A DNA stretch of 64,000 nucleotides from Nanobdellota archaeon. Lineage in GTDB: Archaea > Nanobdellota > Nanobdellia > Pacearchaeales > GW2011-AR1. Of the stretch, positions 1 to 10,231 are shown one piece after another. The stretch lies in the NCBI GenBank assembly GCA_038045705.1, contig JBBSXO010000002.1, positions 25,557 to 89,556 on the forward strand. The letters are read 5' to 3'. The position numbers and the translations under genes are program-made. Position 1 is the stretch's first letter. Each line of letters begins with the position of its first letter. Below the pieces are notes generated by a model. The model saw only the letters and a list, made by a program, of their open reading frames with translations, made no database searches and was not told the DNA's origin.

Positions 1-2363
1 TGGTCTGCAAGCTCAAACTTATGAGTTATAGACCTTCTAGTCTGAGGAAGCTGTTCCCTACTCTGTTTAACTGTTACAACATCTGCCTTCTTAGTCATCT
101 CACCTTCTGTCTTCTTTACATTCAAAGGCTGACTTCTTTTTGAGTTCTCTCTATAAATTGCAACCGCTTTCAATCCTCTCTCCCAAGCAAACATGTAAGC
201 ATCCATTATCTCTTCAACAGTCGCAGATTCAGGCATGTTAATCGTCTTAGAGATAGCCCCAGATACATAAGGCTGACAAACCGCCATCATTAAAACATGA
301 CCTTTATAGTGAATAGATCTTTTACCTTTAGCAGCCTTGAAAGCACAATCAAATACTGGTAAATGTTCAGACTTTAGGTAAGGAGTCCCTTCAATAGTAT
401 CATTCTTATTAATATAATCAAGAATGTTTTTAACATCATTTTCACCATAACCTAGTCTATTCAAAGCAAGCCCGACAGAACGATTAACTATTTTCAACAT
501 TCCTCCGCCAGATAAGACTTTATACTTTACCATTGCAATATCTGGTTCGATCCCAGTTGTATCGCAATCAAGCATAAAAGATATAGTTCCAGTCGGAGCA
601 AGTACTGTGGCTTGTGAGTTTCTAAAACCATATTGTTTACCAAGTTCATAAGCATCGCTCCATGAGTCCCATGCTTCATTTACCAAATATCTCAAATCAT
701 AAGGAATCTTATTTACATCAATATCTTTAACATGATCGCGATGCATCTTAATTACTTCTAACATTGACTCGCGATTTTCATTATATCTTGGAAATGGTCC
801 AACAATAGAAGCAATGTTTGCAGATGCCTTGTAAGCTTGTCCACACATCAAAGCAGTTATTGCAGCACTAACTGCACGACCTTCATCTGAATCATAAGGT
901 AATCCAAAACTCATAAGTAAGGCACCTAAGTTAGCATATCCAAGTCCAAGAGGACGAAAATCATGAGAATTCTGAGCTATCTTTTCAGTTGGGTAACTAG
1001 AACCATCAACTAACAATTCCATTGATGTGATAAATCTATCAACTACTTTCTTAAATGATTCAGTATCAAACTTTCTATCATTATTCAAAAACTTCATCAA
1101 ATTAATTGAAGCCAAATTACAAGCAGAGTCATCTAAAAACAAATATTCAGAACATGGGTTAGAAGCATTTATTCTTCCTGAAACTTTAGAGGTATGATAT
1201 TTGTTAATTATTGTATCGAACTGCATTCCAGGGTCACCACAAACATGTGTTCCTTCAGCTATTTTGCGCAAAATATCTTTGGCCTTAAAAGTTTCGCAGA
1301 CTCCACCAGTTCTGACAAACTTAGTCTGCCATTCCCCATCTGTTTTAACCGCATCCATAAAATTATCAGAAGCCCTAACTGACATATTACAGTTCTGAAA
1401 AGCAACACTTGCATAGGCTTCACCATTCATCCCACCAGAATATCCTTGCTCTATCAATGCCCAAGCTTTTCTTTCTTCTTTCTGTTTAGATTCAATAAAA
1501 TCAAGAACATCAGGATGATCAACATTAAGAATTTCCATCTTAGCAGCACGCCTAGTCTTGCCCCCAGATTTAATAGCTCCAGCGTAAGCATCATAGCCCT
1601 TCATAAAAGACATAGGACCACTAGACCTTCCACCACCAGTTAACTTTTCCTTACTGCTCCTAAGAGTAGAACGGTTAGTTCCAGTCCCACTTCCAGCTTT
1701 AAATAAATTAGCTTCAGCAACTTGAACAGCCATTATAGAGTCCATTGTGTCTTCCATGCTTTGTATAAAACAAGCAGAACATTGAGGTCTATCCATTGTC
1801 TTCTGAGATTTTATAATTTTATCACTAATAGAATCCCAAACATAAGCAGAAACTCCTCCTGCATTAGAATCATACTCTTGAATTCCAACGTTAAACCAAA
1901 CAGGAGAGTTAAAAACAGCCATTTGATGCAAACAAATAGAAGCTACCTCATCTCTCAAAGAATCAGCTTGTTCTTGATTGAATAGTTTCTGTTTAACAGC
2001 TTGTCTTCCAATAAATTTAGAAACCCTGCTAATAATTTTTTCAACAGAATCTTCTCGTTCATTTTTTACCTGATCCCCCCAGAAATATTTACTAGCAACA
2101 ACTTTCAAAGCAAGAGAGCTCCAAAATTCAGGTTTCTTAACATTTTTTTGAGTAAATACAACTTTCCCCATATCATCTGTAACCGCAACATCTTCACTAA
2201 CCCAGTTAATCTCATTTCCATACATATTGTATCTAAAAGCATCCCTTCCAAGCTTAGTAAAGTATCTATCGACTAAAGAATTTGGATTTGCAAAATCAGA
2301 GGCCTGTTTTGAAACAAATATAGAAGAATTTTTATCTTCAGATTCGTTGTTTTCAAGGCTCAT
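1..2363 (-). CDS. nrdJ: Adenosylcobalamin-dependent (class II) ribonucleotide reductase, 3' end outside window
   Basis: Manual minus-strand translation from ATG at 2363 (GGAG RBS upstream): FNSPVWFNVG, PQCSACFI, KSGGKTRRAAKM, ASNPCSEY, ACNLASINL, LAPTGTISF. Absent from the ORF track because it runs off the window edge. Confidence 0.95.
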   Translation of the reverse strand, partial: MSLENNESEDKNSSIFVSKQASDFANPNSLVDRYFTKLGRDAFRYNMYGNEINWVSEDVAVTDDMGKVVFTQKNVKKPEFWSSLALKVVASKYFWGDQVKNEREDSVEKIISRVSKFIGRQAVKQKLFNQEQADSLRDEVASICLHQMAVFNSPVWFNVGIQEYDSNAGGVSAYVWDSISDKIIKSQKTMDRPQCSACFIQSMEDTMDSIMAVQVAEANLFKAGSGTGTNRSTLRSSKEKLTGGGRSSGPMSFMKGYDAYAGAIKSGGKTRRAAKMEILNVDHPDVLDFIESKQKEERKAWALIEQGYSGGMNGEAYASVAFQNCNMSVRASDNFMDAVKTDGEWQTKFVRTGGVCETFKAKDILRKIAEGTHVCGDPGMQFDTIINKYHTSKVSGRINASNPCSEYLFLDDSACNLASINLMKFLNNDRKFDTESFKKVVDRFITSMELLVDGSSYPTEKIAQNSHDFRPLGLGYANLGALLMSFGLPYDSDEGRAVSAAITALMCGQAYKASANIASIVGPFPRYNENRESMLEVIKMHRDHVKDIDVNKIPYDLRYLVNEAWDSWSDAYELGKQYGFRNSQATVLAPTGTISFMLDCDTTGIEPDIAMVKYKVLSGGGMLKIVNRSVGLALNRLGYGENDVKNILDYINKNDTIEGTPYLKSEHLPVFDCAFKAAKGKRSIHYKGHVLMMAVCQPYVSGAISKTINMPESATVEEIMDAYMFAWERGLKAVAIYRENSKRSQPLNVKKTEGEMTKKADVVTVKQSREQLPQTRRSITHKFELAD

Positions 2364-2570
2364 TATTTTTTGTTTTCTCCTTTTTATCGAATGTAAAAAA
2401 CACTTCATCGCTCATTTCTTACAATCTGATTTCTCAATACAAAATCTATATTTAAACTTTTATGTAATTCACTATTTATCTAATTAATTTTTCAGTAGTA
2501 ATGTTCGTTTTACTGTAAAAAATAAAAATTTTTCAGAAAGTTATTTAAACCAAAACTATTTATTAAAATT

Positions 2571-2825
2571 ATGAATCCATTACTAAGTGATTATCAATTT
2601 TTGGCAAATATCCCCCCAATTCTGTTAGCAATAGTATTGATTTGGTCTTTAATTTGGAAAGGTCTTGCATTATGGAAAGCTTCAAAAAGAGATAGTAAGG
2701 GTTGGTTTGTGGCAATTTTAATAATTAACACAGTAGGTATTTTAGAAATTCTCTATTTCTTTCTGTTCTCAAAGATAGATTTAGATGAAAAGAATAGTAA
2801 ATCTAAAGTGAAGAAAAGAAAGTAA
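2571..2825 (+). CDS. Small membrane protein, DUF5652-like
   Basis: WSLIWKGLALWKAS...WF..IL.INT.GILEI.Y motif, two TM helices. Confidence 0.75.
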   Translation: MNPLLSDYQFLANIPPILLAIVLIWSLIWKGLALWKASKRDSKGWFVAILIINTVGILEILYFFLFSKIDLDEKNSKSKVKKRK

Positions 2826-2827
2826 TT

Positions 2828-3700
2828 TTATTTAGCAGTTTCAGTAAACTGGACGTCGTCGGGTAAAAAGAGAACTGCCTTTTTCTGAATTTCTTCATAG
2901 CTTTTTATGAGCTCATCGTAATTTGTGTTATTATCTTTTTTATAATTACACCAATCACAATATCTACCATTGCAAGATGGCCATTCAGTTGTAGACTCTA
3001 TCTTTTTTATCAATTCAATGGTATCATACCTTAATTTATCAAGTTGTTCAGGAGTTCTTTCAGAAACGACCTGTTTATTAAAATTAAGGAAATGCCAAAT
3101 TAATTTTACCTTTATTTCTTTTCCAAATGCTTCTTTTAATCCAATATGGTACAGTGCAAGTTGTCTATCATTCTCAAAGTCCTCTTTCTTTTTCATGGAC
3201 TGATTTGTCTTATAATCATGAACTTCATAAGTTCCATCCTCAGCCATATCTAACCTATCTATAAATCCTTGAATTTTATATTTTCCTTCTGGGTCTAATG
3301 AGAATAAGACTTTACGTTCTATAGCCAAAACATTTTGCTTAAACGGTTTGTTCTTAGTATAATAATCTGTCAAAAACCTAACCCCTTTATTATAAGCTTG
3401 AATATCATCTCCATCCTCTGCTCTTAGACTTTCATCTTGAAGAAGAGAAATCCATCGTTCAGTAAAGTATTCCATTAATTCATCAATACTAACTTCTCTA
3501 TGTTTTACCTGGTAGTATAACCATTCCAAAGCCTCATGTACAGCACTCCCCAAAAAGAGAGGAATTGTAGTAGGCATTTGAGGTGCTTTCTTATCAATAT
3601 ATTTCAGTTTGTAAAATTCAGGGCAACTCTCGTAAAGCCACAATCGAGAGTGTGAATAGATAGTTTCACCACTCCCATTACTCGATTTTCTCATCACCAT
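2828..3700 (-). CDS. PD-(D/E)XK nuclease, RecB/AddB/Cas4-like
   Basis: YSHSRL..Y..CP, GSAVHEALE, GFIDRLD, HDYKT, QLALY, C-terminal C..YCDWC; start probably 3700 rather than 3739. Confidence 0.85.
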   Translation of the reverse strand: MVMRKSSNGSGETIYSHSRLWLYESCPEFYKLKYIDKKAPQMPTTIPLFLGSAVHEALEWLYYQVKHREVSIDELMEYFTERWISLLQDESLRAEDGDDIQAYNKGVRFLTDYYTKNKPFKQNVLAIERKVLFSLDPEGKYKIQGFIDRLDMAEDGTYEVHDYKTNQSMKKKEDFENDRQLALYHIGLKEAFGKEIKVKLIWHFLNFNKQVVSERTPEQLDKLRYDTIELIKKIESTTEWPSCNGRYCDWCNYKKDNNTNYDELIKSYEEIQKKAVLFLPDDVQFTETAK

Positions 3701-3735
3701 GTTACAGACACAAAAATGTCTATTATAAAAATCTA

Positions 3736-4047
3736 TCAATCATCAACAAGTCTATTTTTCTGAATCCAATCTCTCTTTGCCTGACAATGCATTTCTCGAG
3801 TAAGTCCATACCCCAGATCAATATCTGTATTTGTATATCCTGATGGTTTTCTACATAGGGGTGGAAAATCTTGTTTCATTAAATCCATTGATGGAAATTC
3901 TCTTTTTCGATGAGTAAGACCAGATTTACCAATAGTTGCACGATGAGTTATATAGTGTTCTTTTCCATTAGAATCTACAAAAAGTAATGCACTACAAATA
4001 ATTCTATCCATTTCAATACAACTTAACATTTCTAATCTTTGGGGCAT
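3736..4047 (-). CDS. Orphan hypothetical protein
   Basis: ORF with TATA-like element upstream; no recognisable motif. Confidence 0.45.
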   Translation of the reverse strand: MPQRLEMLSCIEMDRIICSALLFVDSNGKEHYITHRATIGKSGLTHRKREFPSMDLMKQDFPPLCRKPSGYTNTDIDLGYGLTREMHCQAKRDWIQKNRLVDD

Positions 4048-4098
4048 GAAAAACAACTGAAACCATACATATTAAAATCTTTTTATAGCCTAAAACAA

Positions 4099-4176
4099 TT
4101 ATCTTCCAGCAACTCTTCTATTTACTTTTCTCTTAAGAATTGCTTTTCTTCTCGATCTTCGAACTGTTTTCCTCAT
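4099..4176 (-). CDS. 25-aa Arg/Lys-rich peptide (eL41-like ribosomal peptide candidate)
   Basis: Manual translation MRKTVRRSRRKAILKRKVNRRVAGR*; TTTAAA box ~25 nt upstream. Confidence 0.5.
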   Translation of the reverse strand: MRKTVRRSRRKAILKRKVNRRVAGR

Positions 4177-4206
4177 AATAAAATAAGTAAGAACTAATTT
4201 TTAAAC

Positions 4207-5316
4207 CTATCTAATTAATTCTTTCAAAATCTTCAAAAAATAATCTGCATCTTTCTTTGTAATATCAACTGGAAGAGATATACGAATAGAACTTTTTATC
4301 TTCAAAGTAGATAAACCAATAGCTTTCAAGACACTATCTTCTTTTTCTTTCTTAGAATCACAAGCACTCCCTATAGAAACATAAACTCCTTTATTTGACA
4401 AGTCATAAAGTAATTTTTCAGCATTAATCCCAGAAAAAGTAACAAAGATATTATTTTGGATTCTACATTTTGATGAACCGACAAGTTTAGCTCCAAAATG
4501 TCCTAATTTCTCAATTAAATAATCTCTAATTTCAGAAACAGCTTTCCAATCATTTTTATATGAAATATCAAGAGACTTAGAAAAACCAACAATTCCAGGA
4601 ACATTTTCAGTACCACTACGAAGACCATTTTCTTGTCCACCACCATAAATTAAAGGTGTAATTTTAACTCCGTCACGAATATAAAGTAAACCTATTCCTT
4701 TAGGTCCTGAAATCTTATGAGCAGAAGCAGAAAGTAAATCTATATTCCAATCATGCACAAATATCTTCATCTTTCCAAATGTCTGGGCTACATCTGTATG
4801 GAATAAAACATTCTTGTTTTTACAAATATCCCCAATTTTCTTCAAATTCTGAATAGTTCCAAATACATTATTTCCATGAATAACTGAAACAACTAATGTG
4901 TTAGAATCTATATTCCTTTCAATAAAATTCAAATCAACAAACCCATCATTATCTACAGGAATTTCAACTATTTTGTATCCAAGATGTTCTAGTCTTAAGC
5001 AAACCGCTCTAACAGAAGGATGTTCAATAGAAGAGATTAATATTTTTTTCCTGTTCGGATAAGATTTCGCAAGTCCAAATAAAGCCCAGTTATTCGATTC
5101 TGTTGTTCCAGAAGTAAAGAATATTTCATTTGCTCTAGCACCAAGATGTCTAGCAATATTTATCCTAGACTCAAGAACAATCTTATTAGAAGAATCACCG
5201 AAAGCATGAGAAGAACTAGGATTTCCATAATCTTCAAGCATAACTTTATTCATTGATTTAACTACTTCCTCATCAACACGAGTAGTTGCGTTATTGTCAA
5301 AGCATAGTTTTTTCAT
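4207..5316 (-). CDS. iscS: Cysteine desulfurase IscS/NifS
   Basis: DNNATT, GNPSS.H, FTSGTTESNN, IEHPSV, SAHKISGPKG, RSGTENVPGI, GSACDS. Confidence 0.93.
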   Translation of the reverse strand: MKKLCFDNNATTRVDEEVVKSMNKVMLEDYGNPSSSHAFGDSSNKIVLESRINIARHLGARANEIFFTSGTTESNNWALFGLAKSYPNRKKILISSIEHPSVRAVCLRLEHLGYKIVEIPVDNDGFVDLNFIERNIDSNTLVVSVIHGNNVFGTIQNLKKIGDICKNKNVLFHTDVAQTFGKMKIFVHDWNIDLLSASAHKISGPKGIGLLYIRDGVKITPLIYGGGQENGLRSGTENVPGIVGFSKSLDISYKNDWKAVSEIRDYLIEKLGHFGAKLVGSSKCRIQNNIFVTFSGINAEKLLYDLSNKGVYVSIGSACDSKKEKEDSVLKAIGLSTLKIKSSIRISLPVDITKKDADYFLKILKELIR

Positions 5317-5366
5317 ACACAATGAAGCAAGATAAGACTTTTAACCTTAACCTTCTAAACAAAACA

Positions 5367-6125
5367 ATGAAACTAGTCTCATGGAATGTCAATGGAATTC
5401 GTTCAGTATTAGGAAAAGATTTTATCAAAAGCATAGAACAAGAAAATCCGGATATTTTATGCATTCAGGAAATAAAAGCACGCCCTGAACAAGTTGACAA
5501 GATTTTATCCCAATATCAAGAACATATATGGAATCCAGCTGAAAAGAAAGGTTATGCTGGAACAGCAATATTCAGCAAATTAAAGCCTATTTCAGTAACT
5601 TTAGGCAAGCAAATTTTAGAAGATACAGAAGGCCGAGTTATAATAGCAGAATTCTCACATTTCTATTTAGTTAATGTTTACACCCCTAACTCACAAAGAG
5701 GTTTATTGAGACTGAAGCACAGGCTCGAGTGGGATAAGAAATTTATCCAGCTATTAAAAGATTTAGAAAACCAAAAACCAATAATCTTCTGTGGAGATTT
5801 AAATGTAGCCCATGAAGAAATAGATATAGCAAGACCAAAAGAAAATGTAAAAAATGCAGGTTTTACTCCAGAGGAAAGAGAAAGCTTCAGTAGTTACATC
5901 AAACACGGTTTTATAGATGCATTTAGACATTTTCATTTAGAAGAAAAGAACCATTATAGTTGGTGGAGTTACATGCATAATGCAAGGACAAAAAATATAG
6001 GATGGAGAATAGATTATTTCTGTATTTCAAACTCATTAAAGAACAATTTAGTTTCAGCTCAAATTTTAAAAAACATTTATGGAAGTGATCATTGTCCAGT
6101 TTCAATTAAATTGAATTTTAGTTAA
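5367..6125 (+). CDS. xth: Exodeoxyribonuclease III (AP endonuclease)
   Basis: SWNVNGIR, LCIQEIK, GDLNVAH, GWRIDYF, SDHCPV. Confidence 0.95.
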   Translation: MKLVSWNVNGIRSVLGKDFIKSIEQENPDILCIQEIKARPEQVDKILSQYQEHIWNPAEKKGYAGTAIFSKLKPISVTLGKQILEDTEGRVIIAEFSHFYLVNVYTPNSQRGLLRLKHRLEWDKKFIQLLKDLENQKPIIFCGDLNVAHEEIDIARPKENVKNAGFTPEERESFSSYIKHGFIDAFRHFHLEEKNHYSWWSYMHNARTKNIGWRIDYFCISNSLKNNLVSAQILKNIYGSDHCPVSIKLNFS

Positions 6126-6489
6126 CATCACAACCAGAGATTTTAATAAGATCATCCAAATTCTTCAAACCATAATAAGTCTGTTTTCCAATAGTCCATG
6201 CAGGAACTCCTCCTTCAGGACAAGATTCAGCATTTTCACAAACCACAACATTCAAGATTTTAGAAGCATCTCTCCCAAACAGTTCAAGCTGTTTTTCACA
6301 GTCTGGACATGTACTTGAAGTGTAAAAAACAGCATTCTTAGTACCTAAACAGCTGGCAAGTTTTGTTTTCTCATCATCTCCCAAAACATAACCAGTTGTT
6401 CTAGAAAACCAATCACTAAAATAATACAAGCCAAACAATACAATAACTAAAACTCCGAAAGTAATCATAGTCTTTCTGTATTGTTCCAT
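6118..6489 (-). CDS. Membrane-anchored thioredoxin-fold protein
   Basis: N-terminal TM helix, CPDC motif, GVPAW; paralog of 54947..55315. Confidence 0.7.
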   Translation of the reverse strand: MEQYRKTMITFGVLVIVLFGLYYFSDWFSRTTGYVLGDDEKTKLASCLGTKNAVFYTSSTCPDCEKQLELFGRDASKILNVVVCENAESCPEGGVPAWTIGKQTYYGLKNLDDLIKISGCDVN

Positions 6490-6549
6490 AATTACTAAAT
6501 AGATAGAACCTATAAAAACATTTATAATCAAGAGTTTTTACAAAAGAAC

Positions 6550-7098
6550 ATGTTAACTTGGATTTTATTGGTAATTGGAGTAATAGTAGTGATAATGTTC
6601 ATATATTATTACAATCGCCTGGTCAGTTTAAGTAATCAAATTGATAATTCCCTATCACAAATAGATGTTCAATTAAAGAAAAGAGCAGACCTAGTTCCTA
6701 ACTTACTTGCTTCAGTTAAAGGATATATGAAACATGAAAAAGAAGCAATATCAGAGGTAACAAATGCTAGAAAAGCTCTTCTAGGAGCAAAGTCATTTGA
6801 AGGAAAAGTAAAAGCAGGAGCACAATTAGAATCTGCTTTAGGCTCAATATTTGTAATCGCAGAAAATTACCCTCAGTTAAGAGCAAGTGAAAACTTTATA
6901 CAGCTACAGCAAGAATTGTCAGCAATAGAAGATAAAATAGCATATGCCCGTCAATTTTACAATGATGGAATACTATCTTATAATAATACATGTACAACAT
7001 TCCCTGGAAAAATATTCGCATCAATATACAATAGAAAAGAAAAAACATTCTTGCAAATAACAAAGGAAGAAAAAGCTGTTCCAAAAGTTAGTTTCTAA
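6550..7098 (+). CDS. lemA: LemA family protein
   Basis: IDVQLKKRADLVPNL, AENYPQLRASENF, RQFYN. Confidence 0.93.
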   Translation: MLTWILLVIGVIVVIMFIYYYNRLVSLSNQIDNSLSQIDVQLKKRADLVPNLLASVKGYMKHEKEAISEVTNARKALLGAKSFEGKVKAGAQLESALGSIFVIAENYPQLRASENFIQLQQELSAIEDKIAYARQFYNDGILSYNNTCTTFPGKIFASIYNRKEKTFLQITKEEKAVPKVSF

Positions 7099-7130
7099 AA
7101 ATTTAAATAGCCTTTAAATTTATACACATC

Positions 7131-7400
7131 ATGGTTTCTTACCAAGGTAGACCTGAGTCAGCATATTCTGACAATCTAAAAATATTAGAAGCCAGACGAG
7201 TTCAAACAGGAGATCTGAAGCTAGTTCTACGGGATAATTCTCTTAGAAAATATGATCATACTGTACCAGCAAAAGAATCTAAAAGTCTCGGAAGTAAACC
7301 TGTCAGAGGACTTGAGGGTAGAAATGTTTTAGGAATTATTAATCTCAGAGGTCATAGCTTAACATTAAAAGCAGTTTTTTTAGATTATATGATACCTTAA
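7131..7400 (+). CDS. Orphan hypothetical protein
   Basis: ORF with TTTAAA upstream. Confidence 0.45.
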   Translation: MVSYQGRPESAYSDNLKILEARRVQTGDLKLVLRDNSLRKYDHTVPAKESKSLGSKPVRGLEGRNVLGIINLRGHSLTLKAVFLDYMIP

Positions 7401-7448
7401 AATCCAAGAATTCTAAAGATTTAAATATGTCTTAAACTTAACAGAAAC

Positions 7449-8087
7449 ATGATAAAAAGAGTTTTTGTTTCAAGTATAATAGCCTTACTTATTATGTCAA
7501 CATTTGTTTTGGCAGCGGGATCATCTTCTGGAAATGCTCGAGTAAGTCCAACCACTGCAGATCGAGTAGCAGAATCAACAGTTTCAACATGTGAAGACAA
7601 AGAAACGGTAAGAGATAGAATCAAATGCAGGATCGAAAACCCTCAAGTTGCTAGAGCTGAAGCTTATGATGCAGTTGAAGAGGCATGTAGAGATAGCGAT
7701 AAAAAAGATGCTTGTGAAAGATTATATAAATCTTCAGCTTACTGTTATGATCAAACAGATCCAGCTGAAAAGAAAAGATGTTTCTTGAAAGAATCAGGAG
7801 TAAACATTAATTCTAAAGGTACATTTAGAGCAGCTCCAGATGAAACAAAAAGAAATTATGTAGTTTTATTATTCTATGAATTGCAGGAAAGAATCGAAAA
7901 AATGCAAGAAGAAGGCAAAATAACTGCGGATCAAGCAACAAGTCTTATTACAAAAATAGTAGAGATAAAGAAGATGATTATAGCTGGAGAAAAAAGAGAA
8001 GATATAGTTGTCAAAATAATAGACTTTAAAAAAGAATATAGATCCGTTGTTTCAAGCTTCATTCCAGGAGTTGCTAACGACTCATGA
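7449..8087 (+). CDS. Secreted Cys-containing hypothetical protein
   Basis: Signal peptide, spaced cysteines, helical C-terminus. Confidence 0.7.
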   Translation: MIKRVFVSSIIALLIMSTFVLAAGSSSGNARVSPTTADRVAESTVSTCEDKETVRDRIKCRIENPQVARAEAYDAVEEACRDSDKKDACERLYKSSAYCYDQTDPAEKKRCFLKESGVNINSKGTFRAAPDETKRNYVVLLFYELQERIEKMQEEGKITADQATSLITKIVEIKKMIIAGEKREDIVVKIIDFKKEYRSVVSSFIPGVANDS

Positions 8088-8281
8088 AAATTCTTATTTG
8101 GATTATAGTTGCGTTAGTTATAGTTGGTGGATTAGCTTGGTTTATGTCAGGAGATAAAGAAACAAGCACAAACACCCAACAAAACAGCCTAGAGAATACA
8201 GGAATAACAGAATCAAGTAGCATTGGATCAGATGATCAAGTATTTACAGAGATAGATAATGCATTATCAGAATTAGAATGA
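8084..8281 (+). CDS. Small membrane-anchored protein
   Basis: N-terminal TM; ATGA overlap with previous gene. Confidence 0.6.
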   Translation: MKILIWIIVALVIVGGLAWFMSGDKETSTNTQQNSLENTGITESSSIGSDDQVFTEIDNALSELE

Positions 8282-8284
8282 AAT

Positions 8285-8713
8285 TTATTTTTTATCTTTT
8301 TTCTTATCACCTTCAATATCCACTAAATTAGAAAGACTAATAATAGAATAACCAATTAATAAAACATATAATCCACACATCAAATCATGGTCGTCTAAAG
8401 TTAAATGTTCATTATTCCAGGTATCATATCTTCTGACATCATTAGACTCCACTAAAATTTCAAGGTTTTTATTAAATTTATCTATCTTGCTATCTAAATG
8501 AACAAGTTTATGATCATTTTCTTGCAAAGATGCTCTTTGATTCCACAAGCTATCTAAAGAATAAATAGTCTCTTTATACTTATTAACAACCTCAATTTGA
8601 GAGTATGGATTTGCACAACTGTTACTGGTTGCATTATAAATTCCAGCAATAGGCAAAATAGGCAATGGAATCAGAGCGAGAGAAATGATACGGTCAAGTC
8701 TTTTTGAAACCAT
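8285..8713 (-). CDS. Orphan two-TM protein with coiled-coil
   Basis: TM-coil-TM layout, similar in plan to 51060..51494. Confidence 0.5.
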   Translation of the reverse strand: MVSKRLDRIISLALIPLPILPIAGIYNATSNSCANPYSQIEVVNKYKETIYSLDSLWNQRASLQENDHKLVHLDSKIDKFNKNLEILVESNDVRRYDTWNNEHLTLDDHDLMCGLYVLLIGYSIISLSNLVDIEGDKKKDKK

Positions 8714-8798
8714 GCAGAAAACGAATAACTATAATTTATAATGATTGTTATGCCTCGATTTTCAAAGGCTTTATATAATTTAAAATACACATAATAAA

Positions 8799-9704
8799 AT
8801 GAAAGAAAGATTATCATTTCACACAGAAATTCAAAATAATAATATTAAATCTATTGTATTGATGATTTTTATGATTCTAATCCTTATAGGAATTGGATAT
8901 ATTGTAACACTTTTCTTTGACCCATCTTATTTCTTCTTCATCATGATTTTATCAATAATTATTTCTTTAAGTTACACAATTTTTAGTTATTACAATTCAG
9001 ATAAAATAGCGTTAGCTTCAGTAAAAGCAAAACCAGCTTCATCAATTTATCACAGACAACTACTAGCCTCAGTTGAAAATATGGCCTTAGCTTCAGGTTT
9101 ACCGATGCCAAGAGTTTATGTGATGAATTCGCCACAAATTAATGCCTTCGCTTCTGGAAGAAACCCAAAAAATGCAGTAATTTGCGTAACAACAGGGACA
9201 TTAGAGAAATTAAGTAAACAAGAATTAGAAGGAGTAATAGCTCATGAAATGTCTCACATAGCAAACTATGATATAAAATTCATGACATTTACTGCAATAG
9301 TAATAGGGATGATTTCGATCATAGCAGAGATATTCTTGAGAAGTTTATGGTTCTCAGGAGGCAACAATAATAGAGACGGTAAATCTCATGCTTTTCTTAT
9401 AGTTATGGGTATAGCCCTATCAATAATAGCACCGATACTTTCAAATTTAGTTTCACTAGCAATATCTAGGAGAAGAGAATATACAGCAGATGCAACAGGA
9501 GTTAAATTAACAAGATATCCAGTAGGTCTTGCATCTGCATTAAGAAAAATTAAGAGTGAGCACGTTTCAGAAGAGGATAAGCATAGATTTCCTAAAGCAG
9601 TAGCACCACTATTTATTTCAGATCCATACAAGAAAAAATTTAGAAATCTTTTCTCAAGCCATCCACCTATAGACAATAGAATCGCGAAGTTAGAGAGAAT
9701 GTAA
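8799..9704 (+). CDS. htpX: M48 zinc metalloprotease HtpX
   Basis: INAFASGRNP, AHEMSH, SRRREYTADA, SSHPPI..RI; near lemA as is usual. Confidence 0.93.
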   Translation: MKERLSFHTEIQNNNIKSIVLMIFMILILIGIGYIVTLFFDPSYFFFIMILSIIISLSYTIFSYYNSDKIALASVKAKPASSIYHRQLLASVENMALASGLPMPRVYVMNSPQINAFASGRNPKNAVICVTTGTLEKLSKQELEGVIAHEMSHIANYDIKFMTFTAIVIGMISIIAEIFLRSLWFSGGNNNRDGKSHAFLIVMGIALSIIAPILSNLVSLAISRRREYTADATGVKLTRYPVGLASALRKIKSEHVSEEDKHRFPKAVAPLFISDPYKKKFRNLFSSHPPIDNRIAKLERM

Positions 9705-9892
9705 CCTAAAGTTCTCTTTAATATATAACAAAAAATCATAGAAAAGATTATAAACTAAATAATATAAAAGATAAGATGAGTAGACATACAAACAGTATAA
9801 AAACAAAAAATACTAATTGGAAATCTACTAAAGTTAAGTTTTACGGCATTAATTAGTTGCCATCTAAATTTCCTTTAAATTCTTATCACAAA

Positions 9893-10231
9893 ATGAGCGA
9901 CAACATCAACAATTCAAATGAAATTCTTTTAAAGAATAATCTTAGTAGGCAAAGCTGTGTTCGAGTAGTCAGAAAATCAAATCTACCACTTATACTTAAA
10001 GCGGAAGCAGAAAAATTCATAGAAAGAAATATCCTTCAGGATTGCGGAATGGTTCCACCAAATTGTTTAAAAGCATTTATGTTAAAAACTGCTCAGAAAA
10101 TGGGTTTGCAAAAAATAGTTCCTTATGTAAAAGACTTGTTTAGATCCAAAATAGGTTATGATGGCTATTATTTAGATGGAGGAAAGCTGTTCAGAGTTGA
10201 TTTGGTTGATAACTCCAGAGACTTTACTTAA
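9893..10231 (+). CDS. Hypothetical protein
   Basis: ORF with plausible composition; overlaps 3' end of HAD gene. Confidence 0.55.
   Translation: MSDNINNSNEILLKNNLSRQSCVRVVRKSNLPLILKAEAEKFIERNILQDCGMVPPNCLKAFMLKTAQKMGLQKIVPYVKDLFRSKIGYDGYYLDGGKLFRVDLVDNSRDFT

Noticed and set aside
1194-2487. Six short + strand ORFs
   Set aside because: Antisense shadows of nrdJ, which is open on the minus strand.
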